A stretch of DNA of 56,584 bases from Syntrophus aciditrophicus (lineage in GTDB: Bacteria > Desulfobacterota > Syntrophia > Syntrophales > UBA5619), in the NCBI GenBank assembly GCA_020722315.1, contig DYLD01000002.1, positions 1-56,584 on the forward strand, given 5' to 3'. The notes beneath the pieces are model-generated. The model was not told the DNA's origin. It saw only the letters and a program-made list of their open reading frames with translations, and did not search any database. The position numbers were made by a program, and so were the translations under genes. Below are positions 36,660-47,362 of this stretch, piece by piece. Position 1 is the stretch's first letter; each line of letters opens with the position of its first letter.

Positions 36660-37106
36660 ATGACGCGTGAAGATGCAGGTCACTATGCAAAGAAACGTTC
36701 GCCGGATAAGCCCCTTGACAGGAGACTGGCCAAGGCCGTAGGGGATAAGACCGTCAACGGTGAGATTGCCTGCGCTCACGCTGAGATGATAAGCAGAACA
36801 CTGCACGCAACGATGGAGGAGGTAGGAGCTGTCATCGACCTGATGGAAATCAGGATCAGACGCTGTCAGATCGGCCTTTTTGGTTATCCCAGAGAGAGAT
36901 TTCCCGAAGGGCGCGCCGTCAGACCCGCTGATTCAGTACCACCCGACCTGGAGGCATCTATAAGGAGCAGTCTTGTGGAAGGGAAAATCTCCTGTAAGGC
37001 TATCTGGAAGATTGCTGCAGAACATAGGATGCCGAAAATGTCTGTTTCTTCGGCCTGTGAGGCGCTTAAGATCAAGATAAAGCAGTGCCAGCTCGGCTCT
37101 TTTTGA
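36660..37106 (+). CDS. Hypothetical protein with two tandem 41-aa Cys-containing modules (G-x-I-x-C...C-Q-[IL]-G-x-F)
   Basis: Strong SD 7 nt upstream of the ATG and a plausible promoter. Residues 34-74 and 108-148 align without gaps, with 11 identities including both Cys. I recognise no known family. Confidence 0.7.
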   Translation: MTREDAGHYAKKRSPDKPLDRRLAKAVGDKTVNGEIACAHAEMISRTLHATMEEVGAVIDLMEIRIRRCQIGLFGYPRERFPEGRAVRPADSVPPDLEASIRSSLVEGKISCKAIWKIAAEHRMPKMSVSSACEALKIKIKQCQLGSF

Positions 37107-37114
37107 TGGATCTC

Positions 37115-37828
37115 TTAAGAGAGATTCGTATGTTGCTTTATGTAACTGGTCAGTATCCGTTGAACCGCCTGGGCAGTTTTCCGCGCCTGCGCAACGATCT
37201 GATGGATTGTCAATTCTTCGTCTACAATTCCATGCGCAAAATTATCGATGGAGCAGAGAGAGGCATAACGGATATCCAGTTCCTGGGCGATTGTGGCCTC
37301 ACTGGCCATTGTCATCCCGACGACGTCGGCGAATTGGGATATCATTGCAATCTCGGCTTTTGTTTCCAGCCTGGGCCCGGCTGTCTGCCAGTATATGCCC
37401 CCGTCAATACATGGTATGTTGCAATCCCTTGCCGCTTCGAGTATCTGTTGCCGTACTTCTTGGTTAAGACCGGGTACAATATGCAGGGGTTTCCCGATGA
37501 GCGCGGTAGGGAGCGGGCCGGTCTGAATATAATCATCGGGTACGAGAAGCGTGCCGGGCTTAAGGCTGCGTTTTAACGTGCCGCTTGAATTGATGCCGAT
37601 GACCTCTGTTGCACCCAGTTTTTTCATTGCCGCGAAATTTGCCTGGTGATTGATCAGATGCGGGAGAATGTGATAGGAGGGATTCGTTCCATGCCGGGCT
37701 ATAAAGACAAGCTGTTCGGAACAAAATGCTTCGGCCTCTCCGAATTCGGTGGTAACGGTTTGTTTGTGAAGATTCCTAAACACGCCTTTTTTATGCAGTG
37801 GCACGTTTCCTGAGATAATGCCAATCAT
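37115..37828 (-). CDS. MTAP-family purine nucleoside phosphorylase (S-methyl-5'-thioadenosine phosphorylase-like)
   Basis: 237 aa with FIARHG, HLINHQAN, GPRLETKAE and MTMASE motifs typical of the MTAP/PNP family. Confidence 0.85.
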   Translation of the reverse strand: MIGIISGNVPLHKKGVFRNLHKQTVTTEFGEAEAFCSEQLVFIARHGTNPSYHILPHLINHQANFAAMKKLGATEVIGINSSGTLKRSLKPGTLLVPDDYIQTGPLPTALIGKPLHIVPGLNQEVRQQILEAARDCNIPCIDGGIYWQTAGPRLETKAEIAMISQFADVVGMTMASEATIAQELDIRYASLCSIDNFAHGIVDEELTIHQIVAQARKTAQAVQRILTSYIKQHTNLS

Positions 37829-37925
37829 CCTTGGTTCCTTTCTTTTTGTCTTGGAAAAGGCTTCTGTGCCAAACGTTCAAGTTGCACTTCATGAAACCAT
37901 CTTTGGGGGGCTTTGTAAAAGCCTT

Positions 37926-38065
37926 GAAAGCTTTGCACAACCAAAAGAAAAACACTGCCTGAAGCGCAAATTTATTGATTTTTCTTGAGCTACCCCGCCG
38001 TCGTAGCGAGACTCTGCGGGGTCGAAAAATATTTATGAGCGCGAAGGCAGCGTTTTTCAAAGCTC
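37926..38065 (-). repeat. MITE-like foldback repeat, copy E with central deletion
   Basis: GAAAGCTTTGCACAAC...CTGAAGCGCAAATTTATTGATTTTTCTT...CCCCGCCGTCGT/AGCGAGACTCTGCGGGG...ATGAGCGCGAAGGCAGCGTTTTTCAAAGCTC. Collinear with copy A apart from a missing centre. An extra arm relic lies at about 37868-37905. Confidence 0.7.
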
Positions 38066-38307
38066 TTGCTTTCTTAATGATTATTTCGTCGTTCCTTTGC
38101 CCCTTTTGGCGACAAGTACTTATATCATTTAACATGTGTAATCGCTATGCCCAAAAGAGTTCCATAAACCTGCTCGTCTTTTCGTTGACTTTATTCATAT
38201 TTTTGTGCAATAAAAAAATCTAAAGAAGCTATTCGTCGTAGTCCACGACGCCAGACTTGCGGGGTTGCGAAAAGAATTTTGCCGATCCGCTGAAAAGAGG
38301 AAGGGAT

Positions 38308-39003
38308 ATGCTCCATCGGAAACGATCTTTTTTGATTCTTGTTGCATTGATTCTCTTTCTGACCGGATGTAAGATATGGCTGCCATGGCAAAGTAGAACA
38401 GGAATGGCACGGGCAAACCCCGAGAGCATATATCAACAGGGTCTGGAGGAGTACAACGACGGGAACTATAAGAGGTCGATCGAACTTTTTCAACGGGTCA
38501 AAGAAGAATATCCGCTCAGCAAACTGGCCATTATGGCAGAAATGGGGGTTGCGGATTCTTTCTATAGTGCTAAACAATATCCTGAGGCAAATCTTGCCTA
38601 TAACGAGTTTGTCAATCTCCATCCGACGAACGAGAATCTTCCGTATGCAATGTATCAAATCGGGATGTGTTATTTTAATCAGCTTACCACGGTAGACCGA
38701 GATAATTCAGAAGCATTTAAAGCCCTTAACGAATTTGAGAAGTTGGCGACACGATTTCCTGAAAGCAAATTTGCCCCCCTTGCCCTGCAGAAAATCCGTG
38801 AATGCAAGAAAGCGATAGGCGAACGGGAATTATATATAGGCCGATTTTATTTCAAGCAAAAGAAGTATGCCGCGGCCTTGAAACGACTCAGAAAAGTGGA
38901 AAAGGAATATTCAGGTGTTGGACTGGATGATGAAAAGGTGAAGTTTTTAATTGCTGAGGCAACAAAACGTCTCGCCGCTATCGAAAAAAAGAGGACCCGT
39001 TAG
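38308..39003 (+). CDS. bamD: Outer membrane protein assembly factor BamD
   Basis: Start at ATG 38308. Lipobox FLTGC. TPR-like YfiO/BamD sequence (YQQGLEEYNDGNY...YAMYQIGMCYF). Confidence 0.88.
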   Translation: MLHRKRSFLILVALILFLTGCKIWLPWQSRTGMARANPESIYQQGLEEYNDGNYKRSIELFQRVKEEYPLSKLAIMAEMGVADSFYSAKQYPEANLAYNEFVNLHPTNENLPYAMYQIGMCYFNQLTTVDRDNSEAFKALNEFEKLATRFPESKFAPLALQKIRECKKAIGERELYIGRFYFKQKKYAAALKRLRKVEKEYSGVGLDDEKVKFLIAEATKRLAAIEKKRTR

Positions 39004-39163
39004 TGCTGACACGAAATCTTTCAACCAACCTTGCTTTTCTCACAAGGCTTTCCTTTGAAGTTCCTGCAACCGCGTCACGGGGGTGTATCCGGACTCTCCC
39101 GGCATAGCGCTCCTGTAAATCTCTGCGGTCACACAGGCGCCATTTTTCGTCCTTTTTTGAAGT

Positions 39164-39302
39164 TGCTTGTAACGTACAACTTACAAAGAACTTTGCGGGG
39201 CTTGGCACGGCGGTTTCAATCACGCTGGGGGAAGCTTTTTCTCCCTCAAAAAACCTTCCAATCGTGTTTCATAAAAAGATCTCCGGGGGTTTTGCAAGAC
39301 CC
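39164..39302 (-). repeat. Possible diverged short copy J of the repeat family
   Basis: The reverse complement starts GGGTCTTGCAAAACCCCCGGAGATCTTTTTATGAAAC and ends ...GTTCTTTGTAAGTTGTACGTTACAAGC, resembling the arms of copies F and I. Similarity is weak in the centre. Confidence 0.4.
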
Positions 39303-39396
39303 TGGTAAGATTTCCGATCCCGCAGTCTCGTGTGTCAGCTGATCAGGTCAAATGGAAAAATGGCCAGGAATCACGTCTGCAGGTGCAACCATTTTC

Positions 39397-39426
39397 TTGA
39401 CGTAAGTGTGGTCATTCGCATATATG
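39397..39426 (+). promoter_or_regulatory. Candidate sigma70-type promoter upstream of the SurA-like PPIase gene
   Basis: TTGACG (39397-39402), 17-18-nt spacer, ATATAT/TATATG (39420-39426). Confidence 0.4.
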
Positions 39427-39535
39427 TTAACAATATAAACCGACAGAGTAACTTGCGGGTAATCTGTTTTTTTTACTTGTAAAGTTCTCAATGGGCGAAG
39501 GGAAAAATAGAAATGTAATTTCAGGAGGATTAGAC

Positions 39536-40621
39536 GTGATAAAGAAAATGGGACATAAAGAGGTTATCCTGGTATTCGTTATTTTTGTTCTTGTCATGCT
39601 GGCGGGATGCAGTGCCGACGAGGACAAAAGCAAACAGGTCAAACAAATCATGGCGCCGCAACAGGTCGTACAGATGGACAGTTCAACGGCTCACCAGCAA
39701 AGCCCGCCCTTACCGGCTCGGAATGATGCCGGCGAGATTGCGGTTGAGGTTAATGGGATTAAAATGACAAAGGGTGAACTCGATAAGCTTGTCGAAAAAG
39801 AAATTTCGAGGATGCAATCCCAAATTCCGGCCGGCCAGGTGGAGGAGGCGCGGATCCAGCTACGCAAAAAGGTGATTGATGACTTTGTCAACCTCACTCT
39901 TTTGAAAAATGAGATCGCGGCAAAAGGAATTACAGTCGGTGACAGCGAAATTTCTTCAGTCATTGACAAAATGAAGGCAGGCATGCCGCAGGGAAAAACT
40001 TTCGCAGAGCTGTTACGGCAACACAATATCGAACTGTCGGAACTTAGGGAAGAAATAGCCACTAACATAAAGATAGAAAAACTTATCGCCCAGGAAGCGG
40101 CCGGCGATTCAAAGGTAACGGATAAAGAAATTGAAAGTTTCTTTCATGCCAATAAAAATCTGTTTACAAAACCGGAATCGGTACACGCCAGGCATATACT
40201 GATCGCAACCGACAAGAAAGATACCCAAAAATCGAGGGCGGACAAACGGACAAGGGCAGAAGAGATCCGAAAAAGATTGGTTGCCGGGGAGGATTTTGCC
40301 GAACTCGCCGCTAAGTCCTCCGACTGCCCGAGCAAGCAAAACGGGGGCGATCTTGGAACGTTCACGCGCGGACAGATGGTTAAACCGTTTGAGGATGCGG
40401 CTTTTTCTCAGGCTCCAAACGCAATTGGTCCCGTCGTCGAAACGGATTTCGGGTATCACATCATCCAGGTTCTCGAGCATAACGCTCCTCAAGCCATAAA
40501 GCTCAACGCTGAGACGAAAAGGCAAATTGCCGAGTTTCTCCAACAAAAGAAACGGCAGGAGGCATTTGAGAAACTCATCAAGAGATTAAAGGCAGCCGCG
40601 GATATTGTCATCACGGGATAG
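39536..40621 (+). CDS. Peptidylprolyl isomerase, SurA/PrsA-like parvulin lipoprotein
   Basis: GTG 39536 lies 7 nt after AGGAGG (the ORF track starts at 39491). Lipobox LAGC. Parvulin domain (HARHILI...[21 protein letters not shown]...GYHIIQV). Confidence 0.85.
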   Translation: MIKKMGHKEVILVFVIFVLVMLAGCSADEDKSKQVKQIMAPQQVVQMDSSTAHQQSPPLPARNDAGEIAVEVNGIKMTKGELDKLVEKEISRMQSQIPAGQVEEARIQLRKKVIDDFVNLTLLKNEIAAKGITVGDSEISSVIDKMKAGMPQGKTFAELLRQHNIELSELREEIATNIKIEKLIAQEAAGDSKVTDKEIESFFHANKNLFTKPESVHARHILIATDKKDTQKSRADKRTRAEEIRKRLVAGEDFAELAAKSSDCPSKQNGGDLGTFTRGQMVKPFEDAAFSQAPNAIGPVVETDFGYHIIQVLEHNAPQAIKLNAETKRQIAEFLQQKKRQEAFEKLIKRLKAAADIVITG

Positions 40622-40635
40622 ATAAGGACAGACAA

Positions 40636-41547
40636 ATGAGAAACCGTAAAGCGGGAAAGGTTTGTGATCGTCTCTGGTATCTTGGCAGGGAGGAGTCCGG
40701 CATTTATCTTCTCGAAGGAGAGGATTCTTCTCTTATCTTGAGCGGCGGAATGAGTTACCTGGCACCTGTCGTTGTTGAACAGTTAAAAGATTTTGGCATA
40801 AATGAACAGAAAATAAACAAGCTCATCATCCTTCATGCGCATTTCGATCACGTTGGATTGGTTCCCTTTTTCAAGCGGAGGTATCAACAACTGGAGGTCT
40901 TTGCCCTTGCAAGAGCCTGGGAGATACTGGGCTCGAACAAAGCCGTAGAAACGATAAACTCTTTCAGCCATCTTGTGGCTGAAAGGATGGGTTTCTCGCA
41001 ATGGCTGGACGACTTCGATCTGGATTGGAGGGATGATGTTACCGGTTTTACCGTGTCCGAAGGTAGCCGGATAGAACTGGGAGGTCTCGGGATACGCGTT
41101 CTTGAGACACCCGGCCACTCCTCTTGTTCGCTTTCCGCGTATTGCCCTGAAATTAAAGCTCTTTTCCCCTCCGACGCAGGGGGAGTTCCTTTTGGCGAGG
41201 CGATTATTCCTGCAGGCAATTCCAATTACACACAGTACCAAAAAAGTCTCGAAAAGCTTTCGGACTTGCCGGTTGATTTTCTCTGCGCGGATCATTACGG
41301 CTATGTAACCGGTGACGAGGCGAAGAATTATATTCAAAAAAGTATTGAGGCGGCAAAACAGCATCGCGCGGATATTGAAGCTATTTACCATCTCAGACGT
41401 TCCATCGATGAAACGGTTAATGATATTCTGGACAAAGTTTACAAAAATTATCCGGGGTATTTTCTTCCCCGTGAAATATATTCCGGTGTTTACCGCCAGA
41501 CGGTGCGCCATATTGCCGGCGAGCTGGATAAGAAAGATTCCTATTGA
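40636..41547 (+). CDS. MBL-fold metallo-hydrolase
   Basis: HAHFDHVG motif, with later TPGHS and ADHYG. Confidence 0.75.
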   Translation: MRNRKAGKVCDRLWYLGREESGIYLLEGEDSSLILSGGMSYLAPVVVEQLKDFGINEQKINKLIILHAHFDHVGLVPFFKRRYQQLEVFALARAWEILGSNKAVETINSFSHLVAERMGFSQWLDDFDLDWRDDVTGFTVSEGSRIELGGLGIRVLETPGHSSCSLSAYCPEIKALFPSDAGGVPFGEAIIPAGNSNYTQYQKSLEKLSDLPVDFLCADHYGYVTGDEAKNYIQKSIEAAKQHRADIEAIYHLRRSIDETVNDILDKVYKNYPGYFLPREIYSGVYRQTVRHIAGELDKKDSY

Positions 41548-41594
41548 TCCACTCTCTACGTGGTCCGAGGTCTCCTGAAGGAGTGCGAGAGGAC

Positions 41595-42239
41595 ATGAGA
41601 CCTGTTGATTTGTTGGTTCTTGATCTTGACGGCACGCTGGTTAATTCGTTGGAGGACCTGACGGCGTCGGTAAATCATGCGCTGGAATTTCTCGGGAGAT
41701 CGAAACTCTCCACTGAGACCGTGAAGGCATATGTCGGCGATGGGGTTTCCATGCTTGTAAAACGGGCGCTTGGAGATCGTGCTGAAGATGAATATACGCT
41801 TGCGTTAGAATTATTTACCGATCACTACAGTAGGCATCTGCTTGACAGGACCGCCCTTTATCCCGATGTCCTTGATTTTCTGAATCATTTTAAAGCAAAG
41901 AAAAAAATTATTCTAACCAATAAAAGGAAGGATTTTGCGTTAAACATAGTGGATTCATTGAAGATCCGCGATTATTTTCTCGATGTCATTGGTGAGGATA
42001 GTACACCTTTTAAAAAGCCTGATCCGCGTGTTTTACAGTTGATTATGGAAAGATGGCTGACAGCTCCGGAGCGCACGGTAGTCATCGGCGACGGACCTAA
42101 CGATATTCTGCTTGCCAAGAAAGCCGGGGCGATAAGCTGCGCCCTATTGAACGGAATAAGCGCAAGGGAGAAGCTTCTTGAGCTTTCTCCGGATATCTGC
42201 TGTGAAACCCTATCCAACCTGAAAGAGGAGATCTGTTGA
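41595..42239 (+). CDS. gph: HAD-family hydrolase (phosphoglycolate phosphatase-like)
   Basis: Start at ATG 41595, giving LVLDLDGTLV (motif I). Later TNK and GDGPNDI motifs. Confidence 0.8.
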   Translation: MRPVDLLVLDLDGTLVNSLEDLTASVNHALEFLGRSKLSTETVKAYVGDGVSMLVKRALGDRAEDEYTLALELFTDHYSRHLLDRTALYPDVLDFLNHFKAKKKIILTNKRKDFALNIVDSLKIRDYFLDVIGEDSTPFKKPDPRVLQLIMERWLTAPERTVVIGDGPNDILLAKKAGAISCALLNGISAREKLLELSPDICCETLSNLKEEIC

Positions 42240-42252
42240 TCCATCTTTTTGT

Positions 42253-43659
42253 ATGCTTCATACAGTCAAAAAGACCATAATGATTCATCATCTCCTTGAA
42301 CGGGGCGAGCTAGTTTTGGCGGCCGTCTCCGGCGGGCCCGACTCCGTCGCGTTGCTGCGCGTTCTGGAGCTGCTGCGGGATGAGTATGATCTGCGTATTG
42401 CCGTAGCCCACTTTAATCACGGTCTTAGGGGTGAAGAAGCTGACAGGGAAGAGCAATTCGTCAGCCTTTTTTGCCGGCAAAAGGGTTTGGACTATTTTAC
42501 AAAAAAGGTCGACATCAAAAAATTGCAGAAAAATGCAGGCAAATCACTTGAAGAAGTCGCCAGGGAGGAACGCTATCGGTTTCTTTATCATATTGCAGAT
42601 AAACAGCATGCGGAAAAGATCGCAACCGGCCACCATAGAGATGACCAGACGGAAACCTTTTTAATCAACCTTCTCAGGGGAGCCGGTCCCGGTGGACTCA
42701 AAGGCATTGCTCCGATCCGTGACGGCCGTCTGATCCGTCCGTTGCTTTATGTCGGGCGCGATGAAATCCTTGCGTTCTTGAAAAAAGAGCAACTTTCCTA
42801 TATGCAGGACAGCTCCAATTCGGATGTATCTTTTCTGCGCAACAGGATTAGAACGCAGCTCATTCCCGAACTGACCAGACTCTACAATCCGAAGCTCGCC
42901 CTTAGACTCGCCCGGACAGCCGAAATCATTCGCCTTGAAGATAACTATTTCGAAGACGTTGTTCGCAAACTGCTCGTCTCGTGGGGAATCACTGCGGAAG
43001 ATAAACGATCCTTCTTCATTCCACTGTCGGAATTTTTAAAGCAGCATGAAGCCATTCGGGCCCGCGTCGTTAAATCTTTACTGGAGCGGATGCTGATGTT
43101 TAAGCGGGAGATTGGAAGTCGTCATATCGATGCGGTGATGGATTTATGCCAAAAGAATGACACAACTGTTAGAACCCTCAATCTTCCTTCCGGAGTTGTT
43201 GTCGAAAGACAGCCATCCCGGCTGATTATCAGGCAGGAAAGCCAAACAAACAACCCCGATGATACGTATCATCAAGACCGGGGTTTTGAAATAAAGGTCG
43301 AAATACCCGGAGTGATCCATCTTGACGGGCGGAATATAAAAACGGAATTTGTCGATAAGCCCTCTCTTCGGGAAATTCAAAGTCATCCTGAGACAGCCTT
43401 CCTTGATTATGAGTCTGTAGAGGAGCCTCTGGTGCTGAGGAGTTTCAGACCCGGCGATAGAATTGATTTTTTGGGTTTAGGCGGCAGAAAAAAGGTGAAA
43501 AAGTATTTTATTGACAAAAAGGTCCCCCGACACTTGAGAAGCCGCATACCACTGTTGGCCGACCGCCGGTCGGTTATCTGGATTCCCGGGGAAAGGATAA
43601 GCCAGAGGGTCGGTGTTACTGAACATGCCAAAAAGGTGTTGAAAGTGGAATTGTTTTGA
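42253..43659 (+). CDS. tilS: tRNA lysidine(34) synthetase
   Basis: SGGPDS PP-loop and HFNHGLRG. 468 aa with a C-terminal TilS domain. Conserved tilS-ftsH neighbourhood. Confidence 0.9.
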   Translation: MLHTVKKTIMIHHLLERGELVLAAVSGGPDSVALLRVLELLRDEYDLRIAVAHFNHGLRGEEADREEQFVSLFCRQKGLDYFTKKVDIKKLQKNAGKSLEEVAREERYRFLYHIADKQHAEKIATGHHRDDQTETFLINLLRGAGPGGLKGIAPIRDGRLIRPLLYVGRDEILAFLKKEQLSYMQDSSNSDVSFLRNRIRTQLIPELTRLYNPKLALRLARTAEIIRLEDNYFEDVVRKLLVSWGITAEDKRSFFIPLSEFLKQHEAIRARVVKSLLERMLMFKREIGSRHIDAVMDLCQKNDTTVRTLNLPSGVVVERQPSRLIIRQESQTNNPDDTYHQDRGFEIKVEIPGVIHLDGRNIKTEFVDKPSLREIQSHPETAFLDYESVEEPLVLRSFRPGDRIDFLGLGGRKKVKKYFIDKKVPRHLRSRIPLLADRRSVIWIPGERISQRVGVTEHAKKVLKVELF

Positions 43660-43758
43660 ACTATTCTAAAAGCTAAGATATACTTAATTCGTTATTCGTC
43701 AGAATGATTTCCGAAAACGATCAAAGGCGGATAAGGATTCCCGAAAAGGAGAAAAAGA

Positions 43759-45588
43759 TTGAACCCATTGCAGAAAAACATAGCGCTCTGGCTGGTTATC
43801 AGTCTTGTATTTGTGATGATCTATCATCTTTTCAGTCAGCCGAAAACCACGCAGAAAGAGATTATTTATAGTGAATTCTTAAGTCGTATTGAAAAGGGGC
43901 AGGTTTCCGAGGTTACAATTCAAGGGGAAAATATAACCGGAAAGTTGTCGGACGGGAAAAACTTCAAGACCTATGCGCCTCAAGATCCAGGGATCATCGC
44001 AATGTTGAAAGAAAAAGGGGTGAAGATCGCCGCAAAGCCGGCCGAGGATTCTCCGTGGTATATGACATTGCTTGTCTCCTGGCTTCCGATGTTGTTGCTT
44101 ATAGGGGTCTGGATCTTTTTTATGAGACAGATGCAAACAGGGGGTGGCAAGGCCATGTCTTTCGGGAAGAGCCGCGCCCGGCTGGTCACCGACAAGTCCA
44201 AAAAGGTAACGTTTGTTGATGTTGCGGGAATCGAAGAGGCCAAGGCGGAACTTCAGGAGGTAATTGATTTTTTACGGGATCCTAAAAAATACACGCGGCT
44301 GGGAGGCAGGATACCCAAGGGTCTTTTGCTGATCGGTCCCCCCGGCACCGGCAAGACACTTCTTGCCAGAGCCATAGCCGGCGAGGCTGATGTACCGTTT
44401 TTAAGTATTAGTGGTTCCGATTTTGTAGAGATGTTTGTCGGCGTCGGGGCATCGCGCGTCCGCGACCTTTTTGTACAGGGCAAAAAAAATGCCCCGTGCA
44501 TCATATTTATCGATGAAATCGATGCGGTTGGACGCCACCGCGGGGCGGGGCTTGGCGGCGGACATGATGAACGGGAACAGACCCTCAATCAGCTGCTCGT
44601 AGAGATGGACGGTTTTGAATCGAACGAGGGCGTCATACTTGTATCTGCAACGAACAGGCCGGATGTGCTGGATCCGGCGCTTCTCCGTCCGGGTCGTTTT
44701 GACAGGCAGGTGGTAGTTCCATTGCCCGATGTTCGGGGCCGGGAAAAAATTCTCGAGGTTCACGCCCGTAAAACACCCCTTGCCGATGATGTTGACTTCC
44801 CCGTTATTGCCCGCGGCACCCCGGGTTTTTCCGGGGCTGACATAGAAAATCTTGTCAATGAGGCGGTCCTTTACGCTGCCCGTCTGAACAAGGATAAGGT
44901 CTCGATGAGCGATTTTGAATACGCTAAAGACAAGGTCATGATGGGCACGGAACGAAAGAGCATGGTCATAAGCGACGAGGAAAAGAAAAACACCGCGTAC
45001 CATGAGACCGGTCATGCGCTAGTCGCCCGCATGCTGCCCGGAACGGACCCTATTCACAAAATAACGATCATCCCGCGGGGTCGTGCCCTGGGTCTTACCC
45101 AGCAATTGCCGATGGATGAAAAGCACACCTATCCACGGGAATATCTGCTCAACAACATCGTGATACTCCTGGGCGGCCGCGCGGCTGAGGAGATTATTTT
45201 GAAAGACTATACGACCGGTGCCGGAAACGATATTGAGAGGGCCACCTCGCTTGCCAGAAAGATGGTCTGCGAATGGGGGATGAGCGAGGAGATGGGACCG
45301 CTGACTTATGGCAAGAAAGAGGAACAGATTTTTCTGGGGAGGGAATTTGCGTCCCATGAAGACTATAGTGAAGAAACGGCAAAAAAGATAGATAAAGAAG
45401 TAAGCCGAATTGTTACGTCCAGTTACGAGAAGGCCAAGGCAATTCTTTCGGAGCACATTGATCTTTTGAATAAGATCGCTCTGGTGCTTCTGGAAAAAGA
45501 GGTGTTGACCGGGCAGGAGCTCGACGAGTTAATCGACAAAAAGACTTCCGGTAGCGAACAGAATCGCAGTGTGGATGCGGCCGTATGA
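43759..45588 (+). CDS. ftsH: ATP-dependent zinc metalloprotease FtsH
   Basis: Two N-terminal TM helices, GPPGTGKT Walker A and HETGHA zinc site. TTG start with AAAGGAG SD. Confidence 0.97.
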   Translation: MNPLQKNIALWLVISLVFVMIYHLFSQPKTTQKEIIYSEFLSRIEKGQVSEVTIQGENITGKLSDGKNFKTYAPQDPGIIAMLKEKGVKIAAKPAEDSPWYMTLLVSWLPMLLLIGVWIFFMRQMQTGGGKAMSFGKSRARLVTDKSKKVTFVDVAGIEEAKAELQEVIDFLRDPKKYTRLGGRIPKGLLLIGPPGTGKTLLARAIAGEADVPFLSISGSDFVEMFVGVGASRVRDLFVQGKKNAPCIIFIDEIDAVGRHRGAGLGGGHDEREQTLNQLLVEMDGFESNEGVILVSATNRPDVLDPALLRPGRFDRQVVVPLPDVRGREKILEVHARKTPLADDVDFPVIARGTPGFSGADIENLVNEAVLYAARLNKDKVSMSDFEYAKDKVMMGTERKSMVISDEEKKNTAYHETGHALVARMLPGTDPIHKITIIPRGRALGLTQQLPMDEKHTYPREYLLNNIVILLGGRAAEEIILKDYTTGAGNDIERATSLARKMVCEWGMSEEMGPLTYGKKEEQIFLGREFASHEDYSEETAKKIDKEVSRIVTSSYEKAKAILSEHIDLLNKIALVLLEKEVLTGQELDELIDKKTSGSEQNRSVDAAV

Positions 45589-46445
45589 AGAATGTTTCGG
45601 TAAACATTTCCTCTTTTCAAACCTCCCGTCGAGAGATTCCGATCGGGGAACGCACCCTTATCATGGGCGTTGTCAATACGACACCTGATTCATTTTCCGG
45701 CGATGGTGTTTATGGATCGCCGGAAAAGGCGATAGAGGAAGGGTGCAGGATGGCGGACGAGGGGGCGGATATGCTGGATATCGGCGGCGAGTCCAGTCGC
45801 CCGGGTTCTGATCCTGTAACGCTCCAAGAGGAATTGAAGAGGGTCATTCCTGTTGTCAGAGGACTTTCTGCAAAACTCTCCATACCGATTTCGGTCGATA
45901 CGATGAAGGCTGCGGTGGCCAGGGAGGCTCTGGACGAGGGGGCGGAAATCATCAACGACATAAGTGCTCTGAATTACGATCCCGAAATGGCGCGAACCAT
46001 TTCTGCTTACAAAGCGGCGGTGGTTTTGATGCATATGCGGGGCACGCCGAAAATTATGCAGAAAGGGGATTTGACGTATCGTTCGGTACCCGGGGATATG
46101 ATTACGTTTTTGCGGGAAAGGATTGAGAAAGCGCGCTCTGAAGGGATAGATGAAGAGAGGATCATCGTCGATCCCGGAATCGGTTTCGGTAAGACACCCA
46201 TCGATAACATGCGCATGATCCGCTACCTTCAAGATTTTAAGTCTCTGGGGAGGCCTGTGCTGGTCGGGGTCTCACGAAAATCCTTCATCGGCCATGTTGT
46301 CGGAGGTACACCGCGTGAGCGTATCGAGGGCACCGCAGCGGCCGTCACGGCTGCGATTGTCTATGGGGCCGATATCGTTAGGGTCCATGACGTTTCCTTT
46401 ATGAAGAAGGTCGTTATGATGGCAGATGCGATATGCAGGGCTTGA
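45585..46445 (+). CDS. folP: Dihydropteroate synthase
   Basis: [16 protein letters not shown] and [10 protein letters not shown] motifs. The start overlaps the ftsH stop (ATGA). Confidence 0.93.
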   Translation: MKNVSVNISSFQTSRREIPIGERTLIMGVVNTTPDSFSGDGVYGSPEKAIEEGCRMADEGADMLDIGGESSRPGSDPVTLQEELKRVIPVVRGLSAKLSIPISVDTMKAAVAREALDEGAEIINDISALNYDPEMARTISAYKAAVVLMHMRGTPKIMQKGDLTYRSVPGDMITFLRERIEKARSEGIDEERIIVDPGIGFGKTPIDNMRMIRYLQDFKSLGRPVLVGVSRKSFIGHVVGGTPRERIEGTAAAVTAAIVYGADIVRVHDVSFMKKVVMMADAICRA

Positions 46446-46446
46446 C

Positions 46447-46848
46447 ATGGTTTTCGGGCTAGGGATTGATCTTGTCGAGACAAGAAGAATAGAAAAAACT
46501 CTTGAAAAGTTCGGAAATCGTTTCATAGCAAGGACTTACACCGACGATGAGGCGGCCTATTGCCAGAAGAAACCCCGGCCTTTTCTGCATTTTGCCGCTT
46601 GTTTTGCGGTAAAGGAGGCTTTTTTGAAGGCGATCGGCACCGGCCTTGGCGCCGGGCTAAATTTGCGGGATATTGAAACGGTTCATAACTCTCACGGAAA
46701 ACCTTCCGTTAAATTATCAGGCAGGGCAAAGGAATTCGTCGGCAGTTTGGGTGTAAACAGCACACTGGTCAGTATTTCCCATTCCGATGAGTATGCAACC
46801 GCCGTTGTGATTCTCGCCAGAGAAAAGGGCGTTCATGGATCGGAATAA
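46447..46848 (+). CDS. acpS: Holo-[acyl-carrier-protein] synthase
   Basis: Start at ATG 46447 (MVFGLGIDLVETRRIEK). ACPS 4'-phosphopantetheinyl transferase pattern. Confidence 0.9.
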   Translation: MVFGLGIDLVETRRIEKTLEKFGNRFIARTYTDDEAAYCQKKPRPFLHFAACFAVKEAFLKAIGTGLGAGLNLRDIETVHNSHGKPSVKLSGRAKEFVGSLGVNSTLVSISHSDEYATAVVILAREKGVHGSE

Positions 46849-47362
46849 GAGCCGCTTTTTTCTTGCTTTACTTTCCGAAGATCAGGGTCAGACTTTTAAG
46901 ATCGGCGAAGCACTTGGCGAGATCGTTAAAGCGGGCGATTTTATCGCGTTGATAGGTGAGCTGGGGACAGGAAAGACAAAACTGATCCAGGGAATTGCAA
47001 GAGGTATGGGCGTCGCGGATGACTATTCTATCGTTTCACCGACCTTTACGATTATCAATGAATATCCCGGGAGAAATGCCGTGCTTTATCATGTTGACGT
47101 CTATCGTCTTTCCGGGACTATGGATTTCCTCGAAACGGGGTTTGAAAGATCTGAGTATGAAAACGGCGTAACGGCCGTAGAATGGGCGGACAAGATCATC
47201 GATATCGTTCCCGAAAATGCGGTCTTGATTACATTGCAGTATATAGATGAGAGTAGAAGAAGAATATCCATTTCGACAGAGGATAAAAATATTCGGAATA
47301 AGATGGAGGTACTGGGTTTTAAAATCGTCTCCAAAGGAGGGAATCAACATAGATGGCCTTGA
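46835..47362 (+). CDS. tsaE: tRNA t6A37 biosynthesis ATPase TsaE
   Basis: GELGTGKT P-loop and SPTFTIINEY...HVDVYRL motifs. Overlaps neighbouring genes at both ends. Confidence 0.85.
   Translation: MDRNKSRFFLALLSEDQGQTFKIGEALGEIVKAGDFIALIGELGTGKTKLIQGIARGMGVADDYSIVSPTFTIINEYPGRNAVLYHVDVYRLSGTMDFLETGFERSEYENGVTAVEWADKIIDIVPENAVLITLQYIDESRRRISISTEDKNIRNKMEVLGFKIVSKGGNQHRWP

Noticed and set aside
34198-38065. Whether the recurring repeats could be a CRISPR array or another tandem array
   Set aside because: The copies are about 110-190 bp, lie in both orientations, are separated by whole genes at irregular kb-scale distances and are internally palindromic. No regular repeat-spacer periodicity and no cas genes are present.
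39203-39218. Sigma54-like TGGCAC-N5-TTTCA upstream of the PPIase gene
   Set aside because: The -12 element lacks the conserved GC (TTTCA instead of TTGCA). It lies inside the putative diverged repeat copy J, about 320 nt from the gene, and no enhancer-binding protein is nearby. A better sigma70 candidate exists at 39397-39426.
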